A stretch of 64,000 nucleotides of DNA, taken from positions 1 to 64,000 of the IMG/VR virus record IMGVR_UViG_3300034062_004592. One strand, written 5' to 3'. The notes under the pieces are model-generated. The model was not told where the DNA came from. It ran no database searches and saw only the letters and a program-made list of their open reading frames with translations. The first letter of the stretch is position 1, and each line of letters begins with the position of its first letter. This document shows, piece after piece, positions 8,879 to 18,487 of this stretch. A program made the position numbers and the translations under genes. This DNA is from a virus (taxonomy: Duplodnaviria; Caudoviricetes).

Positions 8879-9538
8879 TTATTCATCAAGTTGCATTTTT
8901 GCCCACACACTCATGGTCGCTTCTTCCAGGGGGATCTCAATGGGATCATCCTTGAAGACGGATAGGAGTTCACGAATAGCACGATCGGCACCAGCCATTA
9001 ACAGGCCCTTGCGATCCTTCATGCCAGTGAATCGGTCAATTTGTTCGATGTGACCACGGATTTCTTTTTGCATTGACGCAATGCGAGCAACGCCCGCATC
9101 ACGTTTAACATTGCCGTTCTCAACATCTTCACGGAGTTTGCGAACATCCTCCTGCATCTCGTCAATTTCGTACAGAAGTTTTTGACGATGGTCAGCCTTG
9201 GGGTAATTGTTTTGCACCCAAAGCTCACACGCAGTAATGCTACCTGTATACCGCAGGAACCGGGCATACAGGTAGACTTCGACTACGGAATAGTTGTTGC
9301 TGGCAAAAGAGCAAAATGTTTCCTGAGTTGACGCATCGAGGTTGTCAACCCATGAATCAAATAACTCAATATCGATAAGCTCGTTGGGCCTGCCCGTAAT
9401 CCCGCTCTTCGTCGCGTTGCTTGAACTGCTGGCCTTGTTCGGCAGAGCTACGTTGTTCTTCTGCGCCCTTACCGATGGTTTCACGTTCTTGTTCACCAGC
9501 AGTCTCCATTTTTTTCTTGGAAAATTCGTAAGCCACAC
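8879..9538 (-). CDS. hypothetical protein, possible terminase small subunit (true start uncertain, probably downstream of 9538)
   Basis: Helical/coiled-coil ORF just upstream of terL; the 5' part overlaps 9366..9614. Confidence 0.45.
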   Translation of the reverse strand: MWLTNFPRKKWRLLVNKNVKPSVRAQKNNVALPNKASSSSNATKSGITGRPNELIDIELFDSWVDNLDASTQETFCSFASNNYSVVEVYLYARFLRYTGSITACELWVQNNYPKADHRQKLLYEIDEMQEDVRKLREDVENGNVKRDAGVARIASMQKEIRGHIEQIDRFTGMKDRKGLLMAGADRAIRELLSVFKDDPIEIPLEEATMSVWAKMQLDE

Positions 9539-9614
9539 CAGCAGCCTGGCGGTACTTGTCTAGATCAAACCAGTCATCAACGTCTGTTTGACCAGCGGGT
9601 ACACTGCTTGTCAT
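9366..9614 (-). CDS. small putative internal virion protein
   Basis: 82 aa; N-terminal GQTDVDDWFDLDKY motif shared with the two adjacent paralogs. Confidence 0.6.
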   Translation of the reverse strand: MTSSVPAGQTDVDDWFDLDKYRQAAGVAYEFSKKKMETAGEQERETIGKGAEEQRSSAEQGQQFKQRDEERDYGQAQRAYRY

Positions 9615-9638
9615 GGCTTAGATAGTTTACAAGAAAAA

Positions 9639-9815
9639 TCAGAAGTTGGACATCATCGATGCCAGGCCTTGAGAATAGATGTCACGGCGACCCTCAAGAG
9701 ATTTCTGGCGTTGCTGGCGACCTTTGGAACCTTCAAGCCGCTGAAGAAGCTGCTCAAATTTATTGATATCAAAATAGTCGTCAGTTGTAGGTTGACCAGT
9801 GGGAGTAGCAGACAT
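9639..9815 (-). CDS. 58-aa protein, tandem copy 2
   Basis: MSATPTGQPTTDDYFDINKFEQLLQRLEGSKGRQQRQKSLEGRRDIYSQGLASMMSNF (below the ORF-track cutoff). Confidence 0.75.
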   Translation of the reverse strand: MSATPTGQPTTDDYFDINKFEQLLQRLEGSKGRQQRQKSLEGRRDIYSQGLASMMSNF

Positions 9816-9829
9816 TTTTTAGTACCTAA

Positions 9830-10006
9830 TCAGAAGTTAGACATCATCGATGCCAGGCCTTGGGCGTAGATGTCACGACGGCCTTCAAGGGATTTTTGAC
9901 GCTGTTGACGACCCTTGGAACCTTCGAGTCGCTGAAGCAGCTGTTCAAATTTATTGATATCAAAATAGTCATCGCCCGTGGGCTGACTATCGGGTGTAGC
10001 AGACAT
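9830..10006 (-). CDS. 58-aa protein, tandem copy 1
   Basis: MSATPDSQPTGDDYFDINKFEQLLQRLEGSKGRQQRQKSLEGRRDIYAQGLASMMSNF; differences from copy 2 are mostly synonymous. Confidence 0.75.
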   Translation of the reverse strand: MSATPDSQPTGDDYFDINKFEQLLQRLEGSKGRQQRQKSLEGRRDIYAQGLASMMSNF

Positions 10007-10062
10007 CTAAATATCTTGCGGACTAAAACGATTATAACAAGGGTAATTCAACTGGAAATGGA

Positions 10063-10956
10063 TTAGCTCCAGAAACCAGAAACAAGGTTTGACGCCACAC
10101 TACCAAACGAATTAATCTTGGCAACTTCTTTGGAGCCTTCATTTTTTAACTTCTGGGTTTCTTTGTCGATCTCCCCTTGGAGGTTGGTCAACCCAGCGCT
10201 GTAAAGATATTTGCGGGTGTCACGTACGTTTTGTAGGTTCTCTTCAATTTCACTGGGAGTTCCGGTGAAGCTATCAGCAAAGTTCGGCAGCTGGACCCCA
10301 GCCCTTGCTTTGGTTGTGTCTGCGTAGGTGGGGAGAAGATTCTTGTCAAACTTGAAAGTACGTTGTCCTGTTTTCTTGCCAGCAGCGTCAGTCGCCTGCT
10401 TGCCAAACGTTGTGTCGTAGTAATTATCAAGATAGCTATTGTTGAACTTATCTTGATACTCTTGACCTTTTGCAAGAGAATCGCGAAGATCCTGGACGGT
10501 ACTGTAGTAGCCCTGATTAAATCGCTCCAGTGCTTCTGTTTTTTCTTCTTCTTTAGCCTCTCGACCCAATACTTCTTTATACGCAGATGTAATACCTGTG
10601 GCACGCCGACCAGGGAGGAGTTCTTTTGTATAGATATCCGTCAATCCAGCAACGTCTTGCTCCGGTGGAGAAAGATCATATTTGGACGCATAATCACGCA
10701 ATTGTGACGCTGCATCGTTGTACGAAATTAAACCCTGACGAAGTTGAGATTCAATTCCGGAACGCATTCCAGAGTATGCAGCTGCACCAGATGATTTGCG
10801 TGCCTCGGCGGCTGCTTTTTGTTCTGCTTTTTCCGTATCAGCACGCTGCTCTGCACGCGCCTCTCTTTCTTGCTGATACTTTAAATACTCAGCAAAAGTA
10901 TTGTCCCTTGGAATTTCAGGGGATTTATATTCAACTCTAGTGCCGCCGCCACCCAT
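10063..10956 (-). CDS. putative internal virion/ejection protein
   Basis: 297 aa with the MGGGG N-terminus typical of podophage ejection proteins; GAGG SD. Confidence 0.5.
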   Translation of the reverse strand: MGGGGTRVEYKSPEIPRDNTFAEYLKYQQEREARAEQRADTEKAEQKAAAEARKSSGAAAYSGMRSGIESQLRQGLISYNDAASQLRDYASKYDLSPPEQDVAGLTDIYTKELLPGRRATGITSAYKEVLGREAKEEEKTEALERFNQGYYSTVQDLRDSLAKGQEYQDKFNNSYLDNYYDTTFGKQATDAAGKKTGQRTFKFDKNLLPTYADTTKARAGVQLPNFADSFTGTPSEIEENLQNVRDTRKYLYSAGLTNLQGEIDKETQKLKNEGSKEVAKINSFGSVASNLVSGFWS

Positions 10957-10966
10957 GATTCAATCC

Positions 10967-11545
10967 TCAAACGAACATTGTGCCCACATCGCGTGGAGCA
11001 ATACGACCAAACATACCAGCCATAGCGGCTTCTTTTTCAGCCAAAGAAGCTTTTAAAGCTTCTCTGTTTGCTCTTTGGTTTTGCTCACGTGCTTCAAGAG
11101 AACTTCCAAGGGCAACACCACGTCGAGCGCGATCAGATAAAGTGGCTGATTCCATTTCGGCAAGTGGGCCGAGTTCAAACTTCTTTGCGTAAAGCTGTCG
11201 GCCAAGATCCAGGTCAGGCATCCAGGTACCTTGTGCCACACGGGCGCCAACATTGCCACCTTCACCAAACTTTGCAATATCCCGACCTTGTTGTACATTC
11301 CACTTCAGTTGGTCGGCTGCTGCCGCCATCTGGGCATTGGCAATATTTGCTTGCGTACGCTGTGCGCCAAAACCAGTGAGGGCTCCAAGGCCAGCACTGG
11401 CAAAGCCTAAGCCTGCTGTCAATGGATCAAACATACGTCCTCCCTTGTTTGCACTACCAGAAAACCTTCCAGCACTAGAAATAGGTTCAGTAACATTCAT
11501 CCAACTGGTGTTGGGAAAACTACTGGCGCTAACTCCAAATGCCAT
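10967..11545 (-). CDS. putative internal virion protein (pilot-like)
   Basis: Gly/Ala-rich hydrophobic segment (LTAGLGFASAGLGALTGFG) followed by a Gln/Ala coiled coil. Confidence 0.5.
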   Translation of the reverse strand: MAFGVSASSFPNTSWMNVTEPISSAGRFSGSANKGGRMFDPLTAGLGFASAGLGALTGFGAQRTQANIANAQMAAAADQLKWNVQQGRDIAKFGEGGNVGARVAQGTWMPDLDLGRQLYAKKFELGPLAEMESATLSDRARRGVALGSSLEAREQNQRANREALKASLAEKEAAMAGMFGRIAPRDVGTMFV

Positions 11546-11571
11546 AATTTATAACTTATTTTAGTGTACGT

Positions 11572-11994
11572 TTACCCACGACCAAAATAGGACATTGGCG
11601 TGTATTGAGCTGAGCGGGCCGCAACTTGAGGACCTGGAAGTGCTCGCACACCTTCCATTACTGTGTTAGCGACACGATTAGCGCCTTCCACTGCTAACTG
11701 CCCCGGAAGTGTAAATGCTTGTGTAATTTGCCCAGGGAGGTCAAACATTAATTTGTAAGGCGCAGCGGCTGCCATGCGTTCTTTATCAAACTCACTTTGT
11801 ACGCGTAGTTTTTCACGCAAAGCTTGAGAAGTATTTTGTTCCTGGGCAAAATTCAAAAGACGTTCAAACCATTGTCCATTGTCTTTGCCGGGGGAAAACA
11901 TCTGCTCCAGCCCGTATCGTTGCGCTTCGTCGTTAAGGCCAGACTTTTTAAGTCTGTCGGCCGCTGCAATGTATGCATCTACATCGAAAGCCAT
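11572..11994 (-). CDS. putative virion protein
   Basis: 140-aa ORF in the structural cluster. Confidence 0.5.
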   Translation of the reverse strand: MAFDVDAYIAAADRLKKSGLNDEAQRYGLEQMFSPGKDNGQWFERLLNFAQEQNTSQALREKLRVQSEFDKERMAAAAPYKLMFDLPGQITQAFTLPGQLAVEGANRVANTVMEGVRALPGPQVAARSAQYTPMSYFGRG

Positions 11995-11997
11995 GGT

Positions 11998-12822
11998 TTA
12001 ACCCCGATATTGGAATGCAGATGCCGCATAAGGATTGCTTGCGTTCATCATTGCACGCACCGTCTCACCACCTTGTGCCTGGGCGCCACCAGCAAGTTGA
12101 GCGGTGTAAGCCTGACGGTTTAATGCACCAGTAAGTTGACCGGTCTGCTGATTGAGCTGCATCTGACGTTGCATTTGGTTGTTAAGATATTGATTTTGAA
12201 TGGGAAGCATCTCCCGAGCAATATCAACTTGAGCACGTCCAGTGATGCGAGACAGTTCGTCAATGCGTTTAATGTCTTCATCAGAGAAACCGATGCCGCC
12301 ACCGGTAAGACCCGACTTACCTTCTTCCCTGCGTGCGCCGGTAACAGCACTGGCAACGCCTTGAGCAGCGTTAGCAACACCACCACCAACAGCACTTGCC
12401 ACCCCGCCACCAATGCCGCCACCAAGCAAACCGCCTGCCAAGCGCACAGCGCCGCCAAGAAGTTTACCTTTGGCACCGCCTTTTTCAAGACCGCTTGCAA
12501 TTCCACCAACAAGTTGAGAACCTAAAAGACCGCCGCCTAATTCACCGGCACCTTGAGCAATATCGCCCTGCATTAAACTACCAGCAGCAAAAAGTGAAGG
12601 AGCAGCAAGTCCAGCAATTTTTGCACCGGTGGGTGACGCAACTCTATCGGCCACATTGCGACCAGCTCCCCTCAACTGGTTCAATAGGTTTCCAAAATCA
12701 AAACCTTTACCACCGGGGACATTCATGTCTACGGTAACAGGGATATCACCACCACCAAGAAGACGGCGCGGATCGTTTTGAACAAAAGTCCCAGGACCTG
12801 TAGGACCAGAAACAATAGCCAT
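11998..12822 (-). CDS. Gly-rich putative internal virion protein
   Basis: Glycine-zipper segments and a Gln-rich C-terminus. Confidence 0.5.
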   Translation of the reverse strand: MAIVSGPTGPGTFVQNDPRRLLGGGDIPVTVDMNVPGGKGFDFGNLLNQLRGAGRNVADRVASPTGAKIAGLAAPSLFAAGSLMQGDIAQGAGELGGGLLGSQLVGGIASGLEKGGAKGKLLGGAVRLAGGLLGGGIGGGVASAVGGGVANAAQGVASAVTGARREEGKSGLTGGGIGFSDEDIKRIDELSRITGRAQVDIAREMLPIQNQYLNNQMQRQMQLNQQTGQLTGALNRQAYTAQLAGGAQAQGGETVRAMMNASNPYAASAFQYRG

Positions 12823-12857
12823 TTTTACCGTTCACTTTATACCCTAATTTTACCAGG

Positions 12858-13829
12858 TTACATGCTTTGTGGATATTCTAAAGTTGAAGGATACGTTGGG
12901 CGATTACCTGCGGCAATTGCTTCGTTAAGTGCATTGCCAATAGCAACACCACCCAAGGAACCGGCTAAGCCACCAGCAACCGCCCCTGCAATGCGCTGGC
13001 CCGGTGTCCCACGGCGGATAAGATTTGGTACCTTGGCATCTGGTTTAGAAGCCATTCGCGCACCTTGTGCAGCCCCTAAAGTTCCCCCTGTAAATCCGGC
13101 TACCATTGGAATACTTACAGGAAAACCTAATAAACGAGCCTCTGGGTTACCTTGTAAATTTTCAGAAGTTGCTTTGAGGACACCCAGTCCCAATAAACCT
13201 TTGTCTTGGTACAGATAATTCATATAATTTCCGTAACGCTCTGGCGTCAAATCAGGAATATCTTTTTTTGCTGTTTCGTATTTAAGAGGATCTCCAGTGC
13301 GGTTAAGGAAGAACCGTTCAAACAATTCTTGCACTGGTTGAGCAGTTGTACGACGATCTTCCGAACCAAGTTCGGAATAAGATTGTGCAAATCCTTTGGG
13401 GCGAAACTGCTCTTCCGGATTTGTAATGTCATATGTACCAGAAGCTGCTACGGCAGGCGCAGCAATCGCTAATCCCGTAAGTGCTCTACCGGTTGGAGAT
13501 TTAATCAAGTCTTTGTTAACAAGAGTTTCTACACCTGCTTGTGCAATGGCGAGTGGGTGGTTGTATCGCCACCAGTAAGTACGGGTACCGTCGTTAGCAG
13601 CATCAACAGCCAGTCGGGCAGCATACGCACCTAAAAATTGAGCTGGTGTTTCACCAAAGGTGATTCCTTCCTTTGCAATGGATTTTTTAAAACGAGGGTC
13701 AAGAATACTTTGTCCATAACCCAGGCCTTTTATACCACTACGCTGCATTACCTCATCAGCTTTAATCGCTCCTTGCTGGAGGCTCTTGCTGATGTTTACC
13801 AGCTCGTCTTTTAAGTTTTGAATATTCAT
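12858..13829 (-). CDS. putative virion protein with glycine-zipper TM segments
   Basis: 323 aa; AGAVAGGLAGSLGGVAIG. Confidence 0.5.
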   Translation of the reverse strand: MNIQNLKDELVNISKSLQQGAIKADEVMQRSGIKGLGYGQSILDPRFKKSIAKEGITFGETPAQFLGAYAARLAVDAANDGTRTYWWRYNHPLAIAQAGVETLVNKDLIKSPTGRALTGLAIAAPAVAASGTYDITNPEEQFRPKGFAQSYSELGSEDRRTTAQPVQELFERFFLNRTGDPLKYETAKKDIPDLTPERYGNYMNYLYQDKGLLGLGVLKATSENLQGNPEARLLGFPVSIPMVAGFTGGTLGAAQGARMASKPDAKVPNLIRRGTPGQRIAGAVAGGLAGSLGGVAIGNALNEAIAAGNRPTYPSTLEYPQSM

Positions 13830-14425
13830 GAGGCCGTACGGTATGGTAAACCTTGCAGTTGATACAACGTACCTGGGGAGGTTACTTGTTGCTGCAAGTC
13901 ATTTAACTGTTGCATTTGTTGCAGCTGCTGCGCTTGAGTAGCAGCTTGCTGTTCGGCTTCATACCGTTGTTGCATGAACCATGGTTCCAATGCCAAAGTG
14001 GCTCCTACGCTACCAGCGTACATAAGGCCGTGTTCAGCCGCGCTTGGTGTATACGCTTTTTGAAGTTGGGCAACATTGACCGGGGCCCCTTGTTTTGCTG
14101 CTTCGTATTGCTTGGGACTAAGAGCATAATTGTATTTACCTGCCATCTTGGGAGCATATTGTTGCAACGCACGTGCTCCCCCGTAACTCAAACCTAAATC
14201 TGCTGCGCCAACCGCCAAACCGGCAATTGGATTACCAGTCGCAATAGTGCTAATAACGCCCCCAAGCGCAGCCCCTGGTAAAGCAGTGGATAAAATTTCG
14301 GAGCCGCCTTTTGCTGCAATGGAGTTAGCATAACGCAAAACATCGGAATCCGGATACATCCGAGCGGCACGCGACACCACTTCAGGCTTTGCCAATACTC
14401 GTCCAAGCAATCCGGCTAACTTCAT
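13826..14425 (-). CDS. putative virion membrane-type protein
   Basis: 199 aa; hydrophobic GAALGGVISTIATGNPIAGLAVG; Gln-rich tail. Confidence 0.5.
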   Translation of the reverse strand: MKLAGLLGRVLAKPEVVSRAARMYPDSDVLRYANSIAAKGGSEILSTALPGAALGGVISTIATGNPIAGLAVGAADLGLSYGGARALQQYAPKMAGKYNYALSPKQYEAAKQGAPVNVAQLQKAYTPSAAEHGLMYAGSVGATLALEPWFMQQRYEAEQQAATQAQQLQQMQQLNDLQQQVTSPGTLYQLQGLPYRTAS

Positions 14426-14459
14426 TTATCCAACTCTTATCTTTCTATTTTATGCGTTG

Positions 14460-15113
14460 TTACCCTTGGGTTTTACCGGGAGATACATTTGTTTCCACGG
14501 ATTCTTCGTTGGCCGTATCTTGACCTTCTTTTTTTTCCTCCTTGACCGGCATTGATTTCACAACACCTTTGCGATCCAAGAGCTGGGCAATTGATGGTTT
14601 ATCCTCAAACTCATTCTCTGCACGCTTCTCCGCCATTGACATCAGATAGCCGTTGGGATCTGGATTACGCATCCGTGGCATTGGATTCTTGGCCACTTTG
14701 CCGGGGTTTAATGTTGGACTAAGTTTGTATGCTTCAATCCATTGGGGATTGAAATCAGGTTGGTCCTGAGGGCGTTGTGTAGTTTTTGCCCGACCTTCAT
14801 CAAAGTCATAATCTTCTGGGCGGTTAAACCGTCCCAGGCCAAACATGTCATACGCTTCGGTTACTTCGCTATTGTCATCAAAGAACGGTGTATTACCAAC
14901 AAATTCAAGATCCGGGTTTAAATTAATTTTACGCGTCATGGCGCGACGCATTAAATCCTGTTGACCAAACCTTGATGGGTTCCAGGGATACTGACCGGCC
15001 TCCGGTTTGGAGCGAAACAAGTCGTCAAAATCTAATCGTTTGGCAATTTCACCACGGCGATTAAATGGGTTTTGAATGTAACGACCTAGATCAAGCCTGT
15101 CATCTTTTGCCAT
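14460..15113 (-). CDS. hypothetical protein
   Basis: 217-aa ORF, translationally coupled (TGATG) to the upstream gene. Confidence 0.55.
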   Translation of the reverse strand: MAKDDRLDLGRYIQNPFNRRGEIAKRLDFDDLFRSKPEAGQYPWNPSRFGQQDLMRRAMTRKINLNPDLEFVGNTPFFDDNSEVTEAYDMFGLGRFNRPEDYDFDEGRAKTTQRPQDQPDFNPQWIEAYKLSPTLNPGKVAKNPMPRMRNPDPNGYLMSMAEKRAENEFEDKPSIAQLLDRKGVVKSMPVKEEKKEGQDTANEESVETNVSPGKTQG

Positions 15114-15340
15114 CAGCCCTCAGATTTCTTCTGGTCTTTTTTCTTCTTTAATCCTACCAACGTTTGGCGAAGCCGTGCTTGTTTAACCGTTTTTTCGTCG
15201 TACTTATCCGGATTGGAAAGAACGTTCTCCTGAAGCTGAGCAGAAGTAATGCCTTTCTTTTTGGCTTTAGCCGTGAAGGCGCCTTCCTTGATGTCAGCGC
15301 CTTGGATCCACTTATTTGGTTTTTTCTTTTTTTCAGCCAT
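15113..15340 (-). CDS. small basic virion/DNA-binding protein
   Basis: KWIQGADIKEGAFTAKAKK..KQARLRQTL, a common small basic phage protein pattern. Confidence 0.6.
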   Translation of the reverse strand: MAEKKKKPNKWIQGADIKEGAFTAKAKKKGITSAQLQENVLSNPDKYDEKTVKQARLRQTLVGLKKKKDQKKSEG

Positions 15341-15342
15341 TG

Positions 15343-17394
15343 TTAGTTTCCAATTCCAAGTTGGCGCAAGATCATTTGTGGATCGCGTCCTTCGATTCTA
15401 CTTCGGCGCAAAGCTTCTGAAACGGCAAGTCCTTCTTGTGCCGCCCGGCGACGTTGCATTTCTCCTTGAAAAGATTGTTGAATACGACCAGTTGTTTTTT
15501 CGGCAGCAGCTTGAAGTTGCGGAGTGGTAAGTGACTCAAAACCACTACGCATTTGTTTACGCTGCAGCCAACCAGGTACATACGAAGGTTGGCGTTCAGA
15601 AGCGGCTGAATACTCACCTGTTGCTTTACTTACGGCGCCAGGTACATAAGCGGGTTCAATGCCGTAAACCCCAATACCGGCAGAGCCACCCGAAAGTTCA
15701 GGCTGAGGAGGTTTGTTAAGAAAACTGTATTTAATTTCTTGTTTTGATAATGCCGATTGGGGAATATCAGATGGCAAGGAAGCTGTAACACGGGCACTAC
15801 CGGGAATGTCGGGACCCATTTCGTCGGGCGCTCCATACACAAGTGGATCTCCTGTTCCTGTTAATTGACGTTCTCTCGTAATCGGCATAGCTTCGTAATA
15901 AGACGGCGATGCTCCACGAATTGCAGTGCCTGCTGCAGTGCTTGTAATTTGAGCTTGTGGTCCAATATTGACAACCGTCCGTTCAGGAACAAACCCCGTA
16001 GGATCTGCTCCAACTCCCACAACATCAACAGCTTTACGAACAGAAGACGGAAGAGAAATATCTACTTTACCAAGTTCTTGTAAACGTCTAAATTCTTGTG
16101 TACCAGGTTGAACGCCAGGTAGTGATTTTGTGGTCCACGATTGCGCTAATGCTCTCTCAAAGCGTTGAGTGCCTGGACGAAGACCGCGAGAAGCTAAGTC
16201 TTGGCGTAAAGCCATCATTTCTGTTTTGGCAATATCCGCCAGTTCTTGAGAAGACAAAGAACGTATTGCAGTTTGTTCTGCCTGATCAACAGGAAGGCCA
16301 TCTGGAAGTTGTGCAGCAATTTGATTGATTGAAGCATCTGCTTCATATCCAATCATTTCAGATGGATCTGCGTTTTGAATCATGGCTTGACGGTCAGCCT
16401 CCGCCATGTCCTCCATAAAGTCAACCCTAGAAAGGTTAATGTCTTCATTGCGCTGAAGCTGCTGCTTTACTCGTCCTGTTTGTTGATCTTCTGCGGCATC
16501 TAATGCATTAATTGTTTGGTCAACATTAAAAGTACGGGTAGTTTGCTGTTGATCTACTAGGGTTTCATTTTGAATTTCACTTACTAAATTCCAAAGATTT
16601 TTGCGTTGCTGCGAACGAACACTTGCCGCTTGTGTTGCAAGTTCACTCCTAGCGCTTTGATTGCTAAAAGCGGCAACCTCATCAATTAAATCACCAGCGG
16701 CTTGTTCCGCTGCACGATCTAAAATAGTTTGTTCAATGTAACCACGGCCTCCCAGTTGACTTGTTAGGAAGTCAGTGCCAGTGGTGCGAGCTGGCGGTAA
16801 AGCTTTAACTGCAGGAGCAGCTTGTTGTGCGGCTTTTGGCAATTGACCATAAGAAGGAGATTCCTGAAAAAAGCTTTGAATACCTTCTTGTGCTGTTGCA
16901 TTACGCGGATTAAGTACTCGATCGTTAATAGCTTTTAAAGCGGCACGCGCATTTTCCGGAGAAACCTCACTTAAATCAGCTTGGATGACGCCAGGCATTC
17001 TTTCGGACCTGGCTTGGCGCGTAGTCTCGGCCATTTTCCCCAAGCGATCCACCATTCCCCCAGGAGTGGGTTGTGAAGGGGGCGGTTGACTGGGAGCAGG
17101 CGCTGCTTGGTAGCGTTGCTGGGCGCCACGAACGTCAGCTTCTGCTTTTCGTCCAATATTGCCAAGATCTTCTACCGTAACTTTCTGCGTTGCTCCACGT
17201 GCGGCGCGATTTGCCAATAAACGGCGCCCACCAATTCCAGCAGCAACGCCAAGGCCAGCAACTAACGCCGTTTTACCCAAAAAATCAACTAATCCGCCAC
17301 CTTCGGACCCGGCTTCGTTCTGTCTTTCGTTTTCATATGCAGCTTGCGCCAAAAGTGCAGCTTGTAAATTAGGATCTTGGTAATATGAATTCAT
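15343..17394 (-). CDS. large putative internal virion protein
   Basis: 683 aa; N-terminal TM (ALVAGLGVAAGIGG); Gln/Ala/Pro-rich. Confidence 0.55.
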   Translation of the reverse strand: MNSYYQDPNLQAALLAQAAYENERQNEAGSEGGGLVDFLGKTALVAGLGVAAGIGGRRLLANRAARGATQKVTVEDLGNIGRKAEADVRGAQQRYQAAPAPSQPPPSQPTPGGMVDRLGKMAETTRQARSERMPGVIQADLSEVSPENARAALKAINDRVLNPRNATAQEGIQSFFQESPSYGQLPKAAQQAAPAVKALPPARTTGTDFLTSQLGGRGYIEQTILDRAAEQAAGDLIDEVAAFSNQSARSELATQAASVRSQQRKNLWNLVSEIQNETLVDQQQTTRTFNVDQTINALDAAEDQQTGRVKQQLQRNEDINLSRVDFMEDMAEADRQAMIQNADPSEMIGYEADASINQIAAQLPDGLPVDQAEQTAIRSLSSQELADIAKTEMMALRQDLASRGLRPGTQRFERALAQSWTTKSLPGVQPGTQEFRRLQELGKVDISLPSSVRKAVDVVGVGADPTGFVPERTVVNIGPQAQITSTAAGTAIRGASPSYYEAMPITRERQLTGTGDPLVYGAPDEMGPDIPGSARVTASLPSDIPQSALSKQEIKYSFLNKPPQPELSGGSAGIGVYGIEPAYVPGAVSKATGEYSAASERQPSYVPGWLQRKQMRSGFESLTTPQLQAAAEKTTGRIQQSFQGEMQRRRAAQEGLAVSEALRRSRIEGRDPQMILRQLGIGN

Positions 17395-17498
17395 AATCCT
17401 GTTCTATAAACCTTTAATTTGCCTCCCAACATTCTATTGGCGATAAATCTTAGAAACATGGGCGCTATAGTGAAACAATAACGTATTTGATTCCAGGG

Positions 17499-17711
17499 AT
17501 GGACGCCGGTACACGCCAAAAACGGGTCGAAGCTCTTGAAGCAATTAAAGATAGGGCTCTTGGGATGGCTGAAAAGAATACTGATCCGTTTGAAGTGCGT
17601 GATTTTGTGACTTCAGCCAAAAAAGAATTGGCATATGAGTTGCCTGACGAAGAAGCATTCAAAAAAGCAATGAACGCAACCCTCGCGTACAAGCGTAAAA
17701 AGGAATCTTAG
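17499..17711 (+). CDS. hypothetical protein
   Basis: ATG at 17499; TATAGT upstream; terminator downstream. Confidence 0.6.
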   Translation: MDAGTRQKRVEALEAIKDRALGMAEKNTDPFEVRDFVTSAKKELAYELPDEEAFKKAMNATLAYKRKKES

Positions 17712-17735
17712 AAATATAAGGACTTTTAAATATCG

Positions 17736-17762
17736 GCCGGGGCAAATGACCCCGGCTTTTTT
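17736..17762 (+). terminator. Rho-independent terminator
   Basis: GCCGGGG-CAAATGA-CCCCGGC-TTTTTT. Confidence 0.85.
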
Positions 17763-18223
17763 GTCTAAAAATTTGGGATAAACCTTGTTTTACATGACAC
17801 AATCGCACTTTTACTTAAAAGAGGGGCCCTATAGACCCCAAAAAGGGACTAGATTTTCCTGACGCTTCTCCACCCACCCACCCGAGTAGGGTCACGGGGA
17901 GAAAAAAAAGAATGTTGGGAGTGGCAGTGAGAGTAGGAGGGGGTGCGGTGGCACCAACAATCCCCTAACTACGTTATAACGATAGTGTTATACCCGCTCA
18001 CTTCGTTCGCTAGTGCGACGAGCGGGCAAATATATACTGTCGTCCCTACCAAGCCTCAGCCAACAGACAGAACCAACATCCTCGGCTGATACGATTTCGT
18101 ATCGCGCTGCGATATGCTTAGCTACACTCTCCTCCTGTTTTCAGGAAGAACTGTTGTCAATACTGGGTTTTCGGGGGCTGCGCATCCGTACAACGCAGAC
18201 ATTCCATTGCATTCAACTTTAAG

Positions 18224-18403
18224 ATGGACATCTTCTACACCATTGTTACCAAGGAAGCAGCGTATTACTTCGTTGCTAACTCACAGTACAACCTGGTGCG
18301 TATCACACGCTTAGTCCTCAAAGGACAGAAGGGATACCACCGTAGTACCACAATGTCAATCGACAATGGACGCGAGTTCGCTCGCAGACTAAAGGCCAAG
18401 TGA
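18224..18403 (+). CDS. early hypothetical protein (59 aa)
   Basis: Read by hand: MDIFYTIVTKEAAYYFVANSQYNLVRITRLVLKGQKGYHRSTTMSIDNGREFARRLKAK. Confidence 0.6.
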   Translation: MDIFYTIVTKEAAYYFVANSQYNLVRITRLVLKGQKGYHRSTTMSIDNGREFARRLKAK

Positions 18404-18471
18404 GTAATAACTCCCTGCCAGGTGTAAAGCCTGGCTTGGTCATTGCCCAGCACGTAGGGATGGGCTCCTAC
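18394..18471 (+). ncRNA. tRNA-like minihelix plus pseudoknot leader element, copy 1
   Basis: Acceptor-like GGCCAAG/CTTGGTC-A, T-arm CCAGG-TGTAAAG-CCTGG, then pseudoknot GCCCA/TGGGC with GTAGGG/TCCTAC. Confidence 0.6.
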
Positions 18472-18487
18472 ACAACAACTCAACACC

